From an uncultured Candidatus Binatia bacterium (GTDB lineage: Bacteria; Desulfobacterota; Binatia; Bin18): DNA of 64,000 bases. The position numbers and the translations under genes are program-made. The stretch is from the NCBI GenBank assembly GCA_965200965.1, contig OZ241744.1, positions 2,080,001-2,144,000 of the forward strand, written 5' to 3'. The stretch's first letter is position 1. Each line of letters opens with the position of its first letter. Below, in pieces: positions 9,747-20,038 of this stretch. A model generated the notes under the pieces. The model saw only the letters and a list, made by a program, of their open reading frames with translations. It ran no database searches and was not told where the DNA came from.

Positions 9747-10541
9747 ATGAACGGACGAGTCATTGTCATGACCTCGGGTAAGGGAGGGGTGGGAAAAACG
9801 ACCGCCACAGCCAACATCGGTCTCGGCTTGGCCAAACACGGCCAGAAAGTCGTGCTCATTGATGGTGACATCGGCCTGCGCAATCTCGACATCCTTCTTG
9901 GCCTCGAGAACCGGATTGTGTATCACCTCGTAGATGTGGTGCGGGGCCGGTGTCAGGTTCCCCAGGCGCTCGTCAAAGACAAGCGTGTCCCGGACCTCAG
10001 CCTGCTGCCGGCCTCCCAGATCGATCAGAAAGACGCCATCAACCCCGACCAGATGCGCGAACTCGTCGGCCAGCTCAGGGAAGACCACGACTTTGTGCTG
10101 ATTGACTGTCCGGCCGGTATCGAGCAGGGTTTTCGCAACGCGGTCGCCGGAGCCGACGAGGCGGTTGTGATCACCACCCCGGATGTCTCGCCGGTCCGCG
10201 ACGCCGACCGGGTTATCGGCCTGTTGCAAAACGAGTTGGGCGACCCGAAGCTCCTCATCAACCGCATGTCTCCCGATATGGTCAGGCGGGGCGATATGCT
10301 TGACCGCGGTGATGTGCTCGATATTCTCGCCGTCCCGCTGCTTGGCATTGTCCCTGAAGACGAAGAAGTCGTGGTCGCCGGCAACCGGGGGACCCCCGTT
10401 GTGCTCAACGACCGTGCCAAGTCGGGACAGGCCTACAGCCGCATCGTCCGCCGTCTCCTTGGCGAGGACGTGCCCATCGCAGAGTTGAGCGGACGCCGGG
10501 GGATCATCCCTCGCGTCCTTGAGAGTATCTTGGGGAGATAA
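9747..10541 (+). CDS. minD: Septum site-determining ATPase MinD
   Basis: SGKGGVGKTT, DIGLRNLD, DCPAGIEQGF and VRDADR motifs. Confidence 0.97.
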   Translation: MNGRVIVMTSGKGGVGKTTATANIGLGLAKHGQKVVLIDGDIGLRNLDILLGLENRIVYHLVDVVRGRCQVPQALVKDKRVPDLSLLPASQIDQKDAINPDQMRELVGQLREDHDFVLIDCPAGIEQGFRNAVAGADEAVVITTPDVSPVRDADRVIGLLQNELGDPKLLINRMSPDMVRRGDMLDRGDVLDILAVPLLGIVPEDEEVVVAGNRGTPVVLNDRAKSGQAYSRIVRRLLGEDVPIAELSGRRGIIPRVLESILGR

Positions 10542-10544
10542 TTC

Positions 10545-10805
10545 ATGGCTTCGATATTCTTCCGCTTCCTTCATGGCCCGAACGGGAGCAGTGAACAGGC
10601 CAAAGATCGGCTGCTGTCCGTTCTGGTCTCTGACCGCCTGGGGCTGAATCCAGACCAGATGCAGGCCCTCCGCCGGGACATTCTGGCTACCATCAGTCGC
10701 TATGTTCCAATTGATTCCGGCAAGGTCCACATTGGCTTTGTCCACGAGAACAGTCCGGGCGAGGTCGTGATCAACGCGCCCATCCGTCGTACCAAGCCGG
10801 CCTGA
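10545..10805 (+). CDS. minE: Cell division topological specificity factor MinE
   Basis: AKDRL..VL..DR and DILATISRYV motifs; follows minD. Confidence 0.93.
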   Translation: MASIFFRFLHGPNGSSEQAKDRLLSVLVSDRLGLNPDQMQALRRDILATISRYVPIDSGKVHIGFVHENSPGEVVINAPIRRTKPA

Positions 10806-10812
10806 GGCCGGC

Positions 10813-11382
10813 CTACTCGGCCCGCGTCCCGGTCTCGGCGATCAGTCGCCACGCCGCCCGTCCTGCTGCGGCGTCGCAGCGCTCTATCGCCCGGGCCTCG
10901 GCCCTGGCCTTGTCCCGGCTGCCGCCCAGAAAACCCGGCGCTTTCAGGTAATACTCCATCAGAGCCCAGCGGGCAGCCACACTCTGCGGGTCAAGCGCCA
11001 CCGCGGTTTCAAACTGTCGCCGGGCTTTGCCGGCCAACCAGGGCTGCTTGAGGACAAAAGCGTGCTCGGCCTGCCGGCCGTAGGCACGGCCCAGCCACAG
11101 GTGGAAGTCGGCCTTGTGTGTGTGGAGTTCGACGGCAGCCTCGAACCGGGCCGCTGCCGTATCATAGTCGTGTTGGCCAAAGGCGATCCGGCCCAGGTAA
11201 AAATGCGCCTGCGCATCGGTCGGTCGGCGGCGCAGCCAGTCGGCAAAAAACTGCCGGGCCTCGGCCCAGCGGCGCTGCTCAACCAGGGCCACGCCGTCCG
11301 CCAGCCGCTCTTGGGGAGAAGCCGTGGCCGCCAGCGTCCAGGCCAGGCAGAGCGCACAGCCCAGAGATGGGCGTACCCACAC
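10813..11382 (-). CDS. Secreted tetratricopeptide-repeat protein
   Basis: Signal-peptide-like N-terminus; TPR motifs (AHFYLGR, HLWLGRAY). Confidence 0.75.
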   Translation of the reverse strand: MWVRPSLGCALCLAWTLAATASPQERLADGVALVEQRRWAEARQFFADWLRRRPTDAQAHFYLGRIAFGQHDYDTAAARFEAAVELHTHKADFHLWLGRAYGRQAEHAFVLKQPWLAGKARRQFETAVALDPQSVAARWALMEYYLKAPGFLGGSRDKARAEARAIERCDAAAGRAAWRLIAETGTRAE

Positions 11383-11393
11383 GGGATAGCCGC

Positions 11394-12446
11394 CTAGAAG
11401 GTAATCAGCGGCTTGACGATATTATCGGCCTTGGTTTCCATCATGTGGAAGGCGGTCTCGATCTCGGCAAACGGAAAGCGGTGGGTGGTCAGCGGGGTCG
11501 GGTCGATCCGACCGGTCTCCAGCAGGCGCAACAAACGGCTCGTGACCTCCCGGCCACCCGGACACAGGGCGGTCCGAATCGTTTTATCGCTCATGCCGAG
11601 CCCGAACTCGGGCAGGGGGATGCGCAGCGAGTCGCCGGCCTCGCCGTGGTAGCCGATGTTGGAGATCACCCCACCCGGTTTGGTCGCCCTGATGCAGTTC
11701 CCAAAGGTCACTGGCAGGCCGACCGCCTCAATGGCCGAGTCCACCCCCTGCCCGTCGGTCAGGTCCATGATCTGCTCCACCGCGTCGCCCTGGCCAGGAT
11801 CGACAATCATGTCCGCGCCCATGCGTTTGGACAACTCCTGACGGTCGGGTTTGGACTCGACCGCAATCACCAGCCCGGCACCGAGCAGACGTGAGGCCGC
11901 GGTCGCACACAGCCCGACCGGCCCCTGGGCAAACACAGCAACCGTGCCACCGACCGGGATGTCGGCGTGCTCAGCCCCGGCCAGACCGGTTGACAGCATA
12001 TCGGTGGTGTACAGGGCTTGCTCATCGCTGAGCGTGTCCGGGACGGGTGCCAGATTGTAGTCTGCGTCGTTGACCAGGAAGTATTCACCGAGATTGCCGT
12101 CGCGCTCATTGGTGAACTTATAGCCGCCCAGCATCCCGCCACACTGGGAGGTAAACCCCCGCTGGCAGGGCTGACAGCGGCCGCACGGCGTAATCGCGCT
12201 GACCGCTACCCGGTCGCCCTCTTTGTGGTGGCGCACCTGAACACCGAGTTTGTAGACCTGGCCAACGCTCTCGTGCCCTAAGCCGCGGCCTTCGGGCAGG
12301 GGGATCGTTCCCCGCACATTATGGACATCCGAGGTGCAGATCAGCGATCCGGTTGTTCTAATGACCGCATCGTTTGGACCGGGTTCTGGAATCGGCTTTT
12401 CCACAATGCCAATGTTGCCTACGCCCAGAAAGGCCAGCAGTTTCAT
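11394..12446 (-). CDS. Zinc-dependent alcohol dehydrogenase (MDR family)
   Basis: ICTSDVH, GHE, CGRCQPC and QGPVG motifs. Confidence 0.92.
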   Translation of the reverse strand: MKLLAFLGVGNIGIVEKPIPEPGPNDAVIRTTGSLICTSDVHNVRGTIPLPEGRGLGHESVGQVYKLGVQVRHHKEGDRVAVSAITPCGRCQPCQRGFTSQCGGMLGGYKFTNERDGNLGEYFLVNDADYNLAPVPDTLSDEQALYTTDMLSTGLAGAEHADIPVGGTVAVFAQGPVGLCATAASRLLGAGLVIAVESKPDRQELSKRMGADMIVDPGQGDAVEQIMDLTDGQGVDSAIEAVGLPVTFGNCIRATKPGGVISNIGYHGEAGDSLRIPLPEFGLGMSDKTIRTALCPGGREVTSRLLRLLETGRIDPTPLTTHRFPFAEIETAFHMMETKADNIVKPLITF

Positions 12447-12466
12447 AGACTCCTCCTGTCGTGAAC

Positions 12467-13468
12467 TTAGCGTCCCAACATCCGGTATAACTCCGACAAG
12501 GCATAGGTTCCGGGCAACTCCCGGCGTTCGGCCATGCCGTCAACAACGTCGGGCAGCAGGGCGTTGACCGGCGTGTCAATTGACACCTGCCGGCCCAACT
12601 CGGCGACCCGGCCGTTCAAATAACGCGCCTCGGTCCGGCCGCGGCGGCAGTAGATATCCTGCCACATGGACGGAAACACCTGCTGGCTGCGCTCGGGCAG
12701 CGGCTTGGGCGTATACGCGCCCCGCAACCACTCAACCATCTGCGGCAGCGGACGGTCGCCGGGCAGGGTCTTCATCGGGGTCCCGGCTTTTGACAAGACT
12801 TGGTGAGCCTCGTCAAAGACCTCGGCCAGGAAGCGGCGCGTGTCGATCCTGTTCATGGCTTCGGCCCCGGACAGGCCCAGAATAGCCAGCGGGCTGTTGA
12901 GCAGGTTGACGCAGAACTTGGCCCACTTGTAGGGCACGATGGTATCGGTCAGTATGGCTTCTCTGCCGCTGCTGTTCAGGGCCGCCACAACCGCTTTGGC
13001 CGTCTCGTCCTGGCCCTCGGGATAGCGCCCGACCACCAGCGTATTGCCGCCGAGGTGGCTGACCTCGCCGGGGAAAACATAGCGGGCACCCAGATGCAGG
13101 GCGACCGCGTACACCCGGCTGAACCGCTCGGCCGCCATCTCCTCATTGCTCATGGTATTCTGGAAACAGAACATCGGGGTGTCGGTCGGGACTTTGGCGG
13201 CCAACTGCTCAAGGGCCACCTGGGTATCGTAGGTTTTCACGGCCAGGAAAACGATGTCGTCGGACCGATAGTCCCAGTCGTTGAGCATGCAGCTGGCGGC
13301 CGGCCGGCAGACAAACTCACCGTAGCGGCCAGACAGCGTGAGGCCGTCGGCCTTGACCTTGTCTATGTGCGGGCCGTCGCCGATGAGCAGCACATCGGCC
13401 CCGGCCCGGTTCAGGTGAGCACCGATCACGCTGCCGACCGCTCCAGCCCCGAAGATGACAAAACGCAT
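12467..13468 (-). CDS. Ketopantoate reductase family protein (PanE/ApbA-like)
   Basis: IFGAGAVG, AVKTYD, FQN, KWAK, SMWQD and TEARYLNG motifs. Confidence 0.85.
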   Translation of the reverse strand: MRFVIFGAGAVGSVIGAHLNRAGADVLLIGDGPHIDKVKADGLTLSGRYGEFVCRPAASCMLNDWDYRSDDIVFLAVKTYDTQVALEQLAAKVPTDTPMFCFQNTMSNEEMAAERFSRVYAVALHLGARYVFPGEVSHLGGNTLVVGRYPEGQDETAKAVVAALNSSGREAILTDTIVPYKWAKFCVNLLNSPLAILGLSGAEAMNRIDTRRFLAEVFDEAHQVLSKAGTPMKTLPGDRPLPQMVEWLRGAYTPKPLPERSQQVFPSMWQDIYCRRGRTEARYLNGRVAELGRQVSIDTPVNALLPDVVDGMAERRELPGTYALSELYRMLGR

Positions 13469-13491
13469 ACCGCTTCCTCCTTTGCTGGCGT

Positions 13492-14082
13492 TCAGCCGCG
13501 GCGGCCGGCCCACTGGCTGAGCGGCGGCGGGCCGGCCGCCGCGGTACTCAGGCCGCGGTGGAGGCTGACAACAGCCCGGCCAAGCTGACGCAGGTGTTCT
13601 TGAACGCGTTCGTCAACAATCTGACTGCCCTGCATCTGGCTGCCGCGCACATACACGCTTCCCGGCACCAGGTGCATACTAAACCACATCAGGACCGGAC
13701 GCAGTTCCTGGTCAATGCTCAGATAGTGATGATCCGAGGCAGCGTTCCCGACGAGGCCGGCTACCTTGCCCATCAGCGCCTCAACCGGAATATGGTCAAG
13801 CAGATTTTTCAGCGCTCCGGTATACGAGCCGCGATAGATCGGCGTGCCGATCACATAGGCGTCCGCGGCCTGAATCCGTTCAACCACCTGCGCGGTGTCG
13901 TCCGGGTAATCGGCCAAGGGTCGACCGTCACAAAAAGACAGCTGCACGTCCCGCAGATCGACCACCGCGGCCTTGATATCTGGAAAAGATTCCTCGGCCG
14001 CCCGCAGCACCTGGTCAACGAGGGCGCGGGTGCTGCCGCCGGAGGTGAGACTGCCGGCAATTCCGAGCAGGGTGCCTGGCAT
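13492..14082 (-). CDS. NADPH-dependent FMN reductase (SsuE/MsuE-like)
   Basis: GIAGS and GTPIYRGSYTGALKNLLD motifs. Confidence 0.9.
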   Translation of the reverse strand: MPGTLLGIAGSLTSGGSTRALVDQVLRAAEESFPDIKAAVVDLRDVQLSFCDGRPLADYPDDTAQVVERIQAADAYVIGTPIYRGSYTGALKNLLDHIPVEALMGKVAGLVGNAASDHHYLSIDQELRPVLMWFSMHLVPGSVYVRGSQMQGSQIVDERVQEHLRQLGRAVVSLHRGLSTAAAGPPPLSQWAGRRG

Positions 14083-14107
14083 GGCCTTCTCCCGTGTGCC
14101 GCACGGC

Positions 14108-15754
14108 TTAGAACCGGGACGCCCTGAGTGTGACATCGGCCCGCGCCCAGGCTCGCTGAAACGCCCGCTCGACCTGGCTGGCCTCCGCGGTTCTATCCTG
14201 GTTGCGGAGGCTGTGGGCCAGCCCGTACAGCGACCAGCCGTTAGCGGGATTGCGCCGCAAATCCTCCCGGTAGACGGTCTCGGCCTCGGCTGGCCGACCG
14301 GCATCGAGCAACACCGCGCCGAGCGATTGGCGGACCGGATAGTACCAGGGCGGCGGTTCGCTGTAGCGCAGCCGGTCCTGGCTGGCAACCGCTTCCTCCA
14401 GCTGCCGAATCGCTTCGTCGGTCTGACCGGCCTTGGCCGCCAGCTCTCCGGCCACGACCCGGGCGGCAATGTTGAGCAGATCGGTGGCCGGGTTGCGGCC
14501 CATCATTTGCCGCCCGGCGTCAAACGTTGTCAGGACCGCGTTCAGACCGGCCTGCTCGGCCCTGGCCTCCTCCAGCCGACCGGTGGCGATAAAGGCCAGG
14601 GCACGCGCATAGTGCCACAGCCCGGTCACATAGCCCAGGTCCGCAGGAGGCCGGGGCTCCTTGAGCACCGCGTCCCATTTGCCAAAGCGAACCAGCGCAC
14701 ACAGCGGCGCAGCGGTCCAGGCTTCAAGGGGGGGAGTCTGACGCGCCATTTCGACCGGTACGCGCTCGGCCAGCTTGCGGGCGGTTTCAATGGCTTCGGC
14801 ACTGCGCCCTTCCATCTGCTGAGCGGCCCATAAGAAGTCAATGTTGTGGGGATAGTACATGCTCGGATACATCCCCTGCGGGGACTCGGCCTCAATGTAG
14901 GCCTCATCAACCTCAATCGCCCGGGCATTGCTGAGCGCCGCGTCGTGATACAGACCCAGCCGCATATAGATATGCGACGGCATATGCACCAGGTGACCAG
15001 AACCCGGAATCAGTCCGCCCAGCCGCCGGGCGTGGGGCAGGGCGCGCTCGGGGCGGGACGAGGCTTCAACCGCGTGAATATAATAGTGGATGGCCCCGAT
15101 ATGGTCTGGAAAGCGCTCCAAGACGCTCTCCAGAGCCGCCACGAGTTCCAAGGTGTTGGTTTTGGGCTGACTGTCGGGTGTCCAGTAGTCCCAGGGCCGG
15201 ATATTCATCAGCGCGGCCGCAAACAGGGTTCGGGCGTCGGGGTCGTCAGGGTAGCGTTCGGACAGCGTACGCATGGCCTCGGCATAGGCGCGGTTCAGGG
15301 CATCCCGGTCGGCGCTCGCTGGCTCCGCGGCATAGCGGGTGGCCAGGGCTTCGATATAGGCCCGGTCGTGCTCGCTGGCATAGCGGGCCAGGGCAATCGC
15401 CTGTTGTATCGCGGCGTAGGCTTGCCGGCCCCGCCCGGCGTCCATCGGCGCGTTGATATTCGGCCCCAAGGCCAGAGCCAGCCCCCAATGGGCCATTGCG
15501 CAGCGCGGGTCAATCCGGGCGGCGTGCTGAAAGGCCCGCACCGCCTCGGCATGGTTAAACCCATACACCAGCCGCAGCCCCTGGTTAAAATAGCGTTGGG
15601 CCAGTTCCGAGTTGGTGGTGACGGGGTGCTGGTAGGCCCCCAGCCTGTCAAACAGAGGCGGAGAGCTCGGCTCGGTGCCGTTCGGCTCATCCGCCCAAGA
15701 CAGCGGGGGGCCGAACAACACAGCAAGAAACAAGGGGAGCGCAAGAGATTTCAT
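14108..15754 (-). CDS. Secreted TPR-containing protein
   Basis: Signal peptide; YGFNHAEA, HYYIHAVE and HLVHMPSHIY motifs of a widespread uncharacterised TPR family. Confidence 0.8.
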   Translation of the reverse strand: MKSLALPLFLAVLFGPPLSWADEPNGTEPSSPPLFDRLGAYQHPVTTNSELAQRYFNQGLRLVYGFNHAEAVRAFQHAARIDPRCAMAHWGLALALGPNINAPMDAGRGRQAYAAIQQAIALARYASEHDRAYIEALATRYAAEPASADRDALNRAYAEAMRTLSERYPDDPDARTLFAAALMNIRPWDYWTPDSQPKTNTLELVAALESVLERFPDHIGAIHYYIHAVEASSRPERALPHARRLGGLIPGSGHLVHMPSHIYMRLGLYHDAALSNARAIEVDEAYIEAESPQGMYPSMYYPHNIDFLWAAQQMEGRSAEAIETARKLAERVPVEMARQTPPLEAWTAAPLCALVRFGKWDAVLKEPRPPADLGYVTGLWHYARALAFIATGRLEEARAEQAGLNAVLTTFDAGRQMMGRNPATDLLNIAARVVAGELAAKAGQTDEAIRQLEEAVASQDRLRYSEPPPWYYPVRQSLGAVLLDAGRPAEAETVYREDLRRNPANGWSLYGLAHSLRNQDRTAEASQVERAFQRAWARADVTLRASRF

Positions 15755-15763
15755 AGCTGCCCT

Positions 15764-16994
15764 CTAGTCACACGCCTCCAGGGCCAGGGACAAGAGTTCA
15801 TTGGAGAACTGCATGAACCCGGCATAGTCCTTCTGGCCGGTGTTCAGAAAGGCGAACGACAGGCCCCGGTCCAGGTCGGCCACGCAGGTCTGACCGCCTT
15901 TGCCCGGGTGGCCAAAGGTCCGCAGCGTGGCCCCACGGGCGAGGTGGCCGAGCATCCAGCCATAGCCCATGATCACCGGAATGCGCAGCGACCGAATCAA
16001 TGGCGTCGGGCGCATTGGTCGGAACAATGCTCTGCTCCAGGGTCTCCGACGACAAGAAGCGTTTGCCTCCCCATGTTCCGCCCTGGGCGAGCATGGCGTA
16101 GACCTTGGCAATGTCGCGTGCCGCCGCAATCCCGCCCCCGCCAGCCAACACGGCCCGGTGGACCTCGGGCCGGTTGAAGATGTTGTCCCACTCGGGAAAC
16201 GGCAGGTCCTTGGGATCAAGCCCCTCTTCAAACATGATGGCGCGTTGAAAACGAAAATACTCTTCGTCCGGGGTAAAACCCATGAGCCGGGCCATCCCAA
16301 CGATGGAGTCCCGGTCGGCCGGCGCTTCATACACGCACGCCACCCGCTCTTCTTCCGATTCCGGCAGGCCGATAAACAGACTGTCGAGCCCGAGCGGGGC
16401 GGCAACTTCCTGCTGCAGGAACGCCCCGCAATCGCGCCCGTCCGTCCGCCGCATCAACTCGTTAATCATAAAGCCGTAGTTGAGGGGGTGATAGCCGTTG
16501 GCCTCGCCGGGCGTCCAGCGCGGGGCCAGCTCTTCCATCGCCCTGGCGCACTGCTCAAAATCTCCCCACTGCTTATAGGTCAGCCAGTCTGGACCGAGGG
16601 TATTCCCGATCCGGTGTCCCAGCATATGGGTAATCGTTGCCCGCTCCTTGCCGTTGTGGGCAAACTCGGGCCAGTAGGTGCTGACCAGATCGTCATACGC
16701 GAACATCCCCCGGTCGCGCAGCATGTGCATACACAGCGCGGCCAGGCCCTTTGTTGACGAGTACAGCACAAACATCGTTTCCGGCTTGACCGGCTTGCGA
16801 TCACTGGCCCGCGCCCAGCCTCCACCAAGGTCAAGCACCTGCTTGCCGTGGCGGAACACCGCCAACTGCGCCCCCCAGAACAGGTCTTGGGCCTCAACCG
16901 CCTGCCGAAACGTGTCGCTCAGTTTTGCCACCGTATCGGCCTTCATCCTGACCTCGCGCGGCGGCACCTCCGCCTCTTGCTGATACCACGCCAT
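15764..16994 (-). pseudogene. Serine hydrolase (beta-lactamase/esterase family), frameshifted near 15996
   Basis: SSTK and GYHPLNYG lie in one frame; the C-terminal FGHPGKGG...ADLDRGLSFAF lies in another. Removing one base at GATTCGG joins them. May be a sequencing error. Confidence 0.8.
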
Positions 16995-17056
16995 AGTTCT
17001 GCCCTCCTTTGCCCGATTACGATACGCAGCCTTCAAGAGAAGAACGCGGGAGACGC

Positions 17057-17321
17057 TTACGGTCTGTGCGTAATGGGGATGTCAAAGTTCGATAATACCA
17101 ACCTGAGAATGTTCCGGAGAACACCAACCGCCATGATACTGCCACAGGCAATCCACATTAAGTGTTCCAGGCGTCGCAATCGCTGGTCCAGCCGGTTGAA
17201 GCGCTGCTCACAGCGTTGGTCGAGCTGGGTTCAGGCTGCCGATGATCCACGAGGAGAGGTCTGAGCTATTCTTCCCGCTTGTCTTCCGCTTCTGTCCCGG
17301 AGGAGAAGTGTCCTCACTCAT
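17057..17321 (-). pseudogene. Small coiled-coil + transmembrane protein, one apparent +1 frameshift (~17228)
   Basis: Repaired reading MSEDTSPP...WIIGSLNQLDQRCEQRFNRLDQRLRRLEHLMWIACGSIMAVGVLRNILRLV...; ATGA overlap with the upstream gene. Confidence 0.5.
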
Positions 17322-17598
17322 GGAGACACCTTTTCCATCCATATCCCAGAGCGATTTTGAATTCCATCCATTGATTGCGTCACCAACCTCCGTAACAATG
17401 CCCCTCACTTTGCCCTCTGATATCGATCCCGAGGGCCAAGCGGATATCCTCTGTCATCAGTAGCTCTTCCTGTTTCTCTGGCGCAACCAATGCCAGGTGT
17501 TCATTCAGGATGTCGTGTCGCCGGCCTGGCCATTTTTCTTTGAGCGCCCCCCATGCTGTTTCGCTTGGTTCGTTCAGCGCGACAAAATAGATGCTCAT
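17318..17598 (-). pseudogene. Small hypothetical protein (~92 aa if two +1 frameshifts are repaired)
   Basis: MSIYFVALNEP...GID/EGKVRGIVTEVGDAINGWNSKSLW/WMEKVSP is split across frames; repaired stop overlaps the next ATG. Confidence 0.5.
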
Positions 17599-17860
17599 GG
17601 ATGAATGCCCCTCTTTCCCCGGAGGTGGTCCTCCACCTTGTACGCCGATAAGCGGACAAACGCAAACAAAGACGATTTGGCTGCCCTCCTCTTTCGCAGA
17701 CAGTACAGTGCTGCTCGTTCGTGACGCAGGTATTTGACTTCAATCGGAAAAGCGTCTAAGGAAGGGGCTGGAGATCGGGTAAAGGGCCAACCCGCTGAAT
17801 GTGCAGCCGGTTTTGCCTTTGTCAGAACTGTGTCTATTCTTTCTCGAAGGAGGGTCAAGC

Positions 17861-18961
17861 ATGGCACATCGTATTATTTCTGGAGATTCGCACTTTGTTG
17901 AGCCGCCCGATATGTGGGCCGAGCGCATGGATAAAAAGTTCCGTGACCGGGCACCCCGCACCGTTGAGGGCAATAAGGGCAAGCCGGGCGAGTTCTTTGT
18001 GTGCGAAAACATCACCCCGGTGCCGGTGGCCGGCTTCTTTGGCTCGGGCAAGAGCGCCGAAGAGCTGCCGGCCCACATGGAAAAGGGCTTCAGCGTGGCC
18101 CCCAAGAGCGTGTGGGACCCCGCCGAGCGGCTCAAGGACCAGGACAAGGACGGCGTCAGTGCCGAGGCGATGTACACCTCAATGGGCATGTTGCTGTTCG
18201 GCCTTGAAGACGCCGAGTTGCGCGCCGCGGCCTTCAGCGCCTTCAACGACTGGGCGTCCGAGTATACCAGTTACAACCCCAACCGGCTCATCGGCCTTGG
18301 CGCGGTCACGCTGGAGGATATTCCGGCCGGCATCGCCGAACTGGATCGGATCGCCAAAAAGGGCCTGCGGGGCGCACTGATCTGGGGTGCGCCGCCCGAA
18401 GACCGGTCCTACAGCCACCCGGACTATGACCCCTTCTGGTCCGCGGCCGCAGATATGAACATGCCGCTGTCGCTGCACATCCTGACCTCGCGCAAAGGCC
18501 ACGGGATTGACTTCAGCAATATCCTGTACGGCTATATGAGCCTGCCGCAGGAAATCCAGTTGACCCTGGCCGATATGGTCTTCGGCAGCGTGTTTGAGCG
18601 GCATCCCAAGCTGAAAATCGTCTCCGCGGAGAACGATGTGTCGTGGCTGCCCCACTTCCTGTACCGCCTCGACCACGGCTACGACCGGCTGCGCCACTTC
18701 CAGAATGTGCAGCTGACAATGATGCCCAGCGACTATGTGAAGCGCAACGTGTGGTGTACCTTCCAGTTTGAGGACACCTGGATCGACACCTACCAACGCC
18801 TTGACGCCAGCAAAATCATGTGGTCATCCGACTACCCGCATACCGACTCGCCGTGGCCGCGCTCCGCCGAGTACATCAAGGAGAACTTCTCCGACGCGCC
18901 GGAAGATGTGCTGACCGGGGTTGTCGGCGGCAATGCCGCAGCCCTGTACGGCATCAACTGA
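17861..18961 (+). CDS. Amidohydrolase family protein (Amidohydro_2)
   Basis: IISGDSH, SLHI and MWSSDYPH motifs; GGAGGG RBS. Confidence 0.9.
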   Translation: MAHRIISGDSHFVEPPDMWAERMDKKFRDRAPRTVEGNKGKPGEFFVCENITPVPVAGFFGSGKSAEELPAHMEKGFSVAPKSVWDPAERLKDQDKDGVSAEAMYTSMGMLLFGLEDAELRAAAFSAFNDWASEYTSYNPNRLIGLGAVTLEDIPAGIAELDRIAKKGLRGALIWGAPPEDRSYSHPDYDPFWSAAADMNMPLSLHILTSRKGHGIDFSNILYGYMSLPQEIQLTLADMVFGSVFERHPKLKIVSAENDVSWLPHFLYRLDHGYDRLRHFQNVQLTMMPSDYVKRNVWCTFQFEDTWIDTYQRLDASKIMWSSDYPHTDSPWPRSAEYIKENFSDAPEDVLTGVVGGNAAALYGIN

Positions 18962-18976
18962 GCGCCAGGGCACAGC

Positions 18977-19019
18977 GCAGAAAAAAGGGCGGCCTGTGAT
19001 GGGCCGCCCTTTTTTCTGC
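18977..19019. terminator. Bidirectional intrinsic terminator
   Basis: Perfect 18-bp inverted repeat GCAGAAAAAAGGGCGGCC / GGCCGCCCTTTTTTCTGC with 7-nt loop and A/T tracts, between convergent genes. Confidence 0.9.
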
Positions 19020-19035
19020 TGTCAGCCGGCGGGGT

Positions 19036-19881
19036 CTAGGACGCGAACTTGGGGAGCAGCTTGGCGTAGTCGTCCAGCATCGGCATGAGCGTGTCCCGGT
19101 CAGCCGAGGGCAGAAACAGCACCGCCCGCTCAACGCCCAACTGCTGGTGGCTGGCCAGGGCCTCTTCCTTGGCCGACGAGCCGAAAATCGACACCGGCAC
19201 CTCGTCCGGCGAACGGCCGGCCTGCTCGGCCAGGGCGCGCAACTCTTTGATCGACTCAGGCAGGCTGCTGGTATCAAACCCGACCGGCACCCAGCCGTCG
19301 CAGTAGTTGACGACCCGCTTCAGGCCGCCATTGAAAGTCCCCAGCAGGATCGGCGGGTGGGGCTGCTGGGCCGGCTTGGGGTAGGACCAGATTTTGTCAA
19401 AGTTCACAAACTCCCCATGATACTCGGCCTCCTCATTGGCCCAGATTTCTTTCATCGCCTCGATCCGCTCGCGCAATACCTTCCAGCGACGCTTGAAGGG
19501 CGTGCCGTGGTTTTCCATCTCCTCGGCGTTCCAGCCGCCGCCAATGCCGAAGATCAAGCGGCCGTTTGACAACTGATCGACCGTGGCGACCTCTTTGGCC
19601 AGTACAATCGGGTCGCGCTCAATTACCAGGCAGATACCGCTGCCGATCTTGATCTTCCTGGTTGCGCCGGCCGCGGCCATCAAGGCCACAAACAGGTCGT
19701 GGGTATGCCAGTACTCCTTGGGCAACTCCGCACCTCCCGGCCAGGGTGAAAGCCGGCTGGCCGGAATATGGGTGTGTTCCGGGAACCAGATCGACTCAAA
19801 GCCGCGTTCCTCACAGGCCACGGCCAACTCGTCCGGTCGCATGGCGTAGTCGGTCGCAAACATCGTAATACCAATATCCAT
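19036..19881 (-). CDS. LLM-class F420-dependent oxidoreductase
   Basis: PEHTHIP, AKEVATVDQLSNGR and GWNAEEMENHG motifs. Confidence 0.9.
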   Translation of the reverse strand: MDIGITMFATDYAMRPDELAVACEERGFESIWFPEHTHIPASRLSPWPGGAELPKEYWHTHDLFVALMAAAGATRKIKIGSGICLVIERDPIVLAKEVATVDQLSNGRLIFGIGGGWNAEEMENHGTPFKRRWKVLRERIEAMKEIWANEEAEYHGEFVNFDKIWSYPKPAQQPHPPILLGTFNGGLKRVVNYCDGWVPVGFDTSSLPESIKELRALAEQAGRSPDEVPVSIFGSSAKEEALASHQQLGVERAVLFLPSADRDTLMPMLDDYAKLLPKFAS

Positions 19882-20038
19882 ACTCGTCCTCCTTCTCTGA
19901 CTCCAGCACCCTTAGCAGGTTCCGGGACGGCGATCAATCTCGGTGACATTTCCGGGTTTGACACGGGCGGATTCAAGGTGTAAGAGTGTAGGTGGAACGC
20001 TGAACGAACGTTCACTCTCACCCTATGAGGAGGCCCGT

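Noticed and set aside
12573-12586. Perfect 14-bp palindrome GTGTCAATTGACAC
   Set aside because: It lies inside the ketopantoate reductase coding sequence as a single instance; chance is sufficient.
14846-16177. Long alternative-frame ORFs (this 443-aa one, 21983-23023, 54575-55795 and others)
   Set aside because: Antisense shadows of well-supported genes, as expected in high-GC DNA; no independent motifs.
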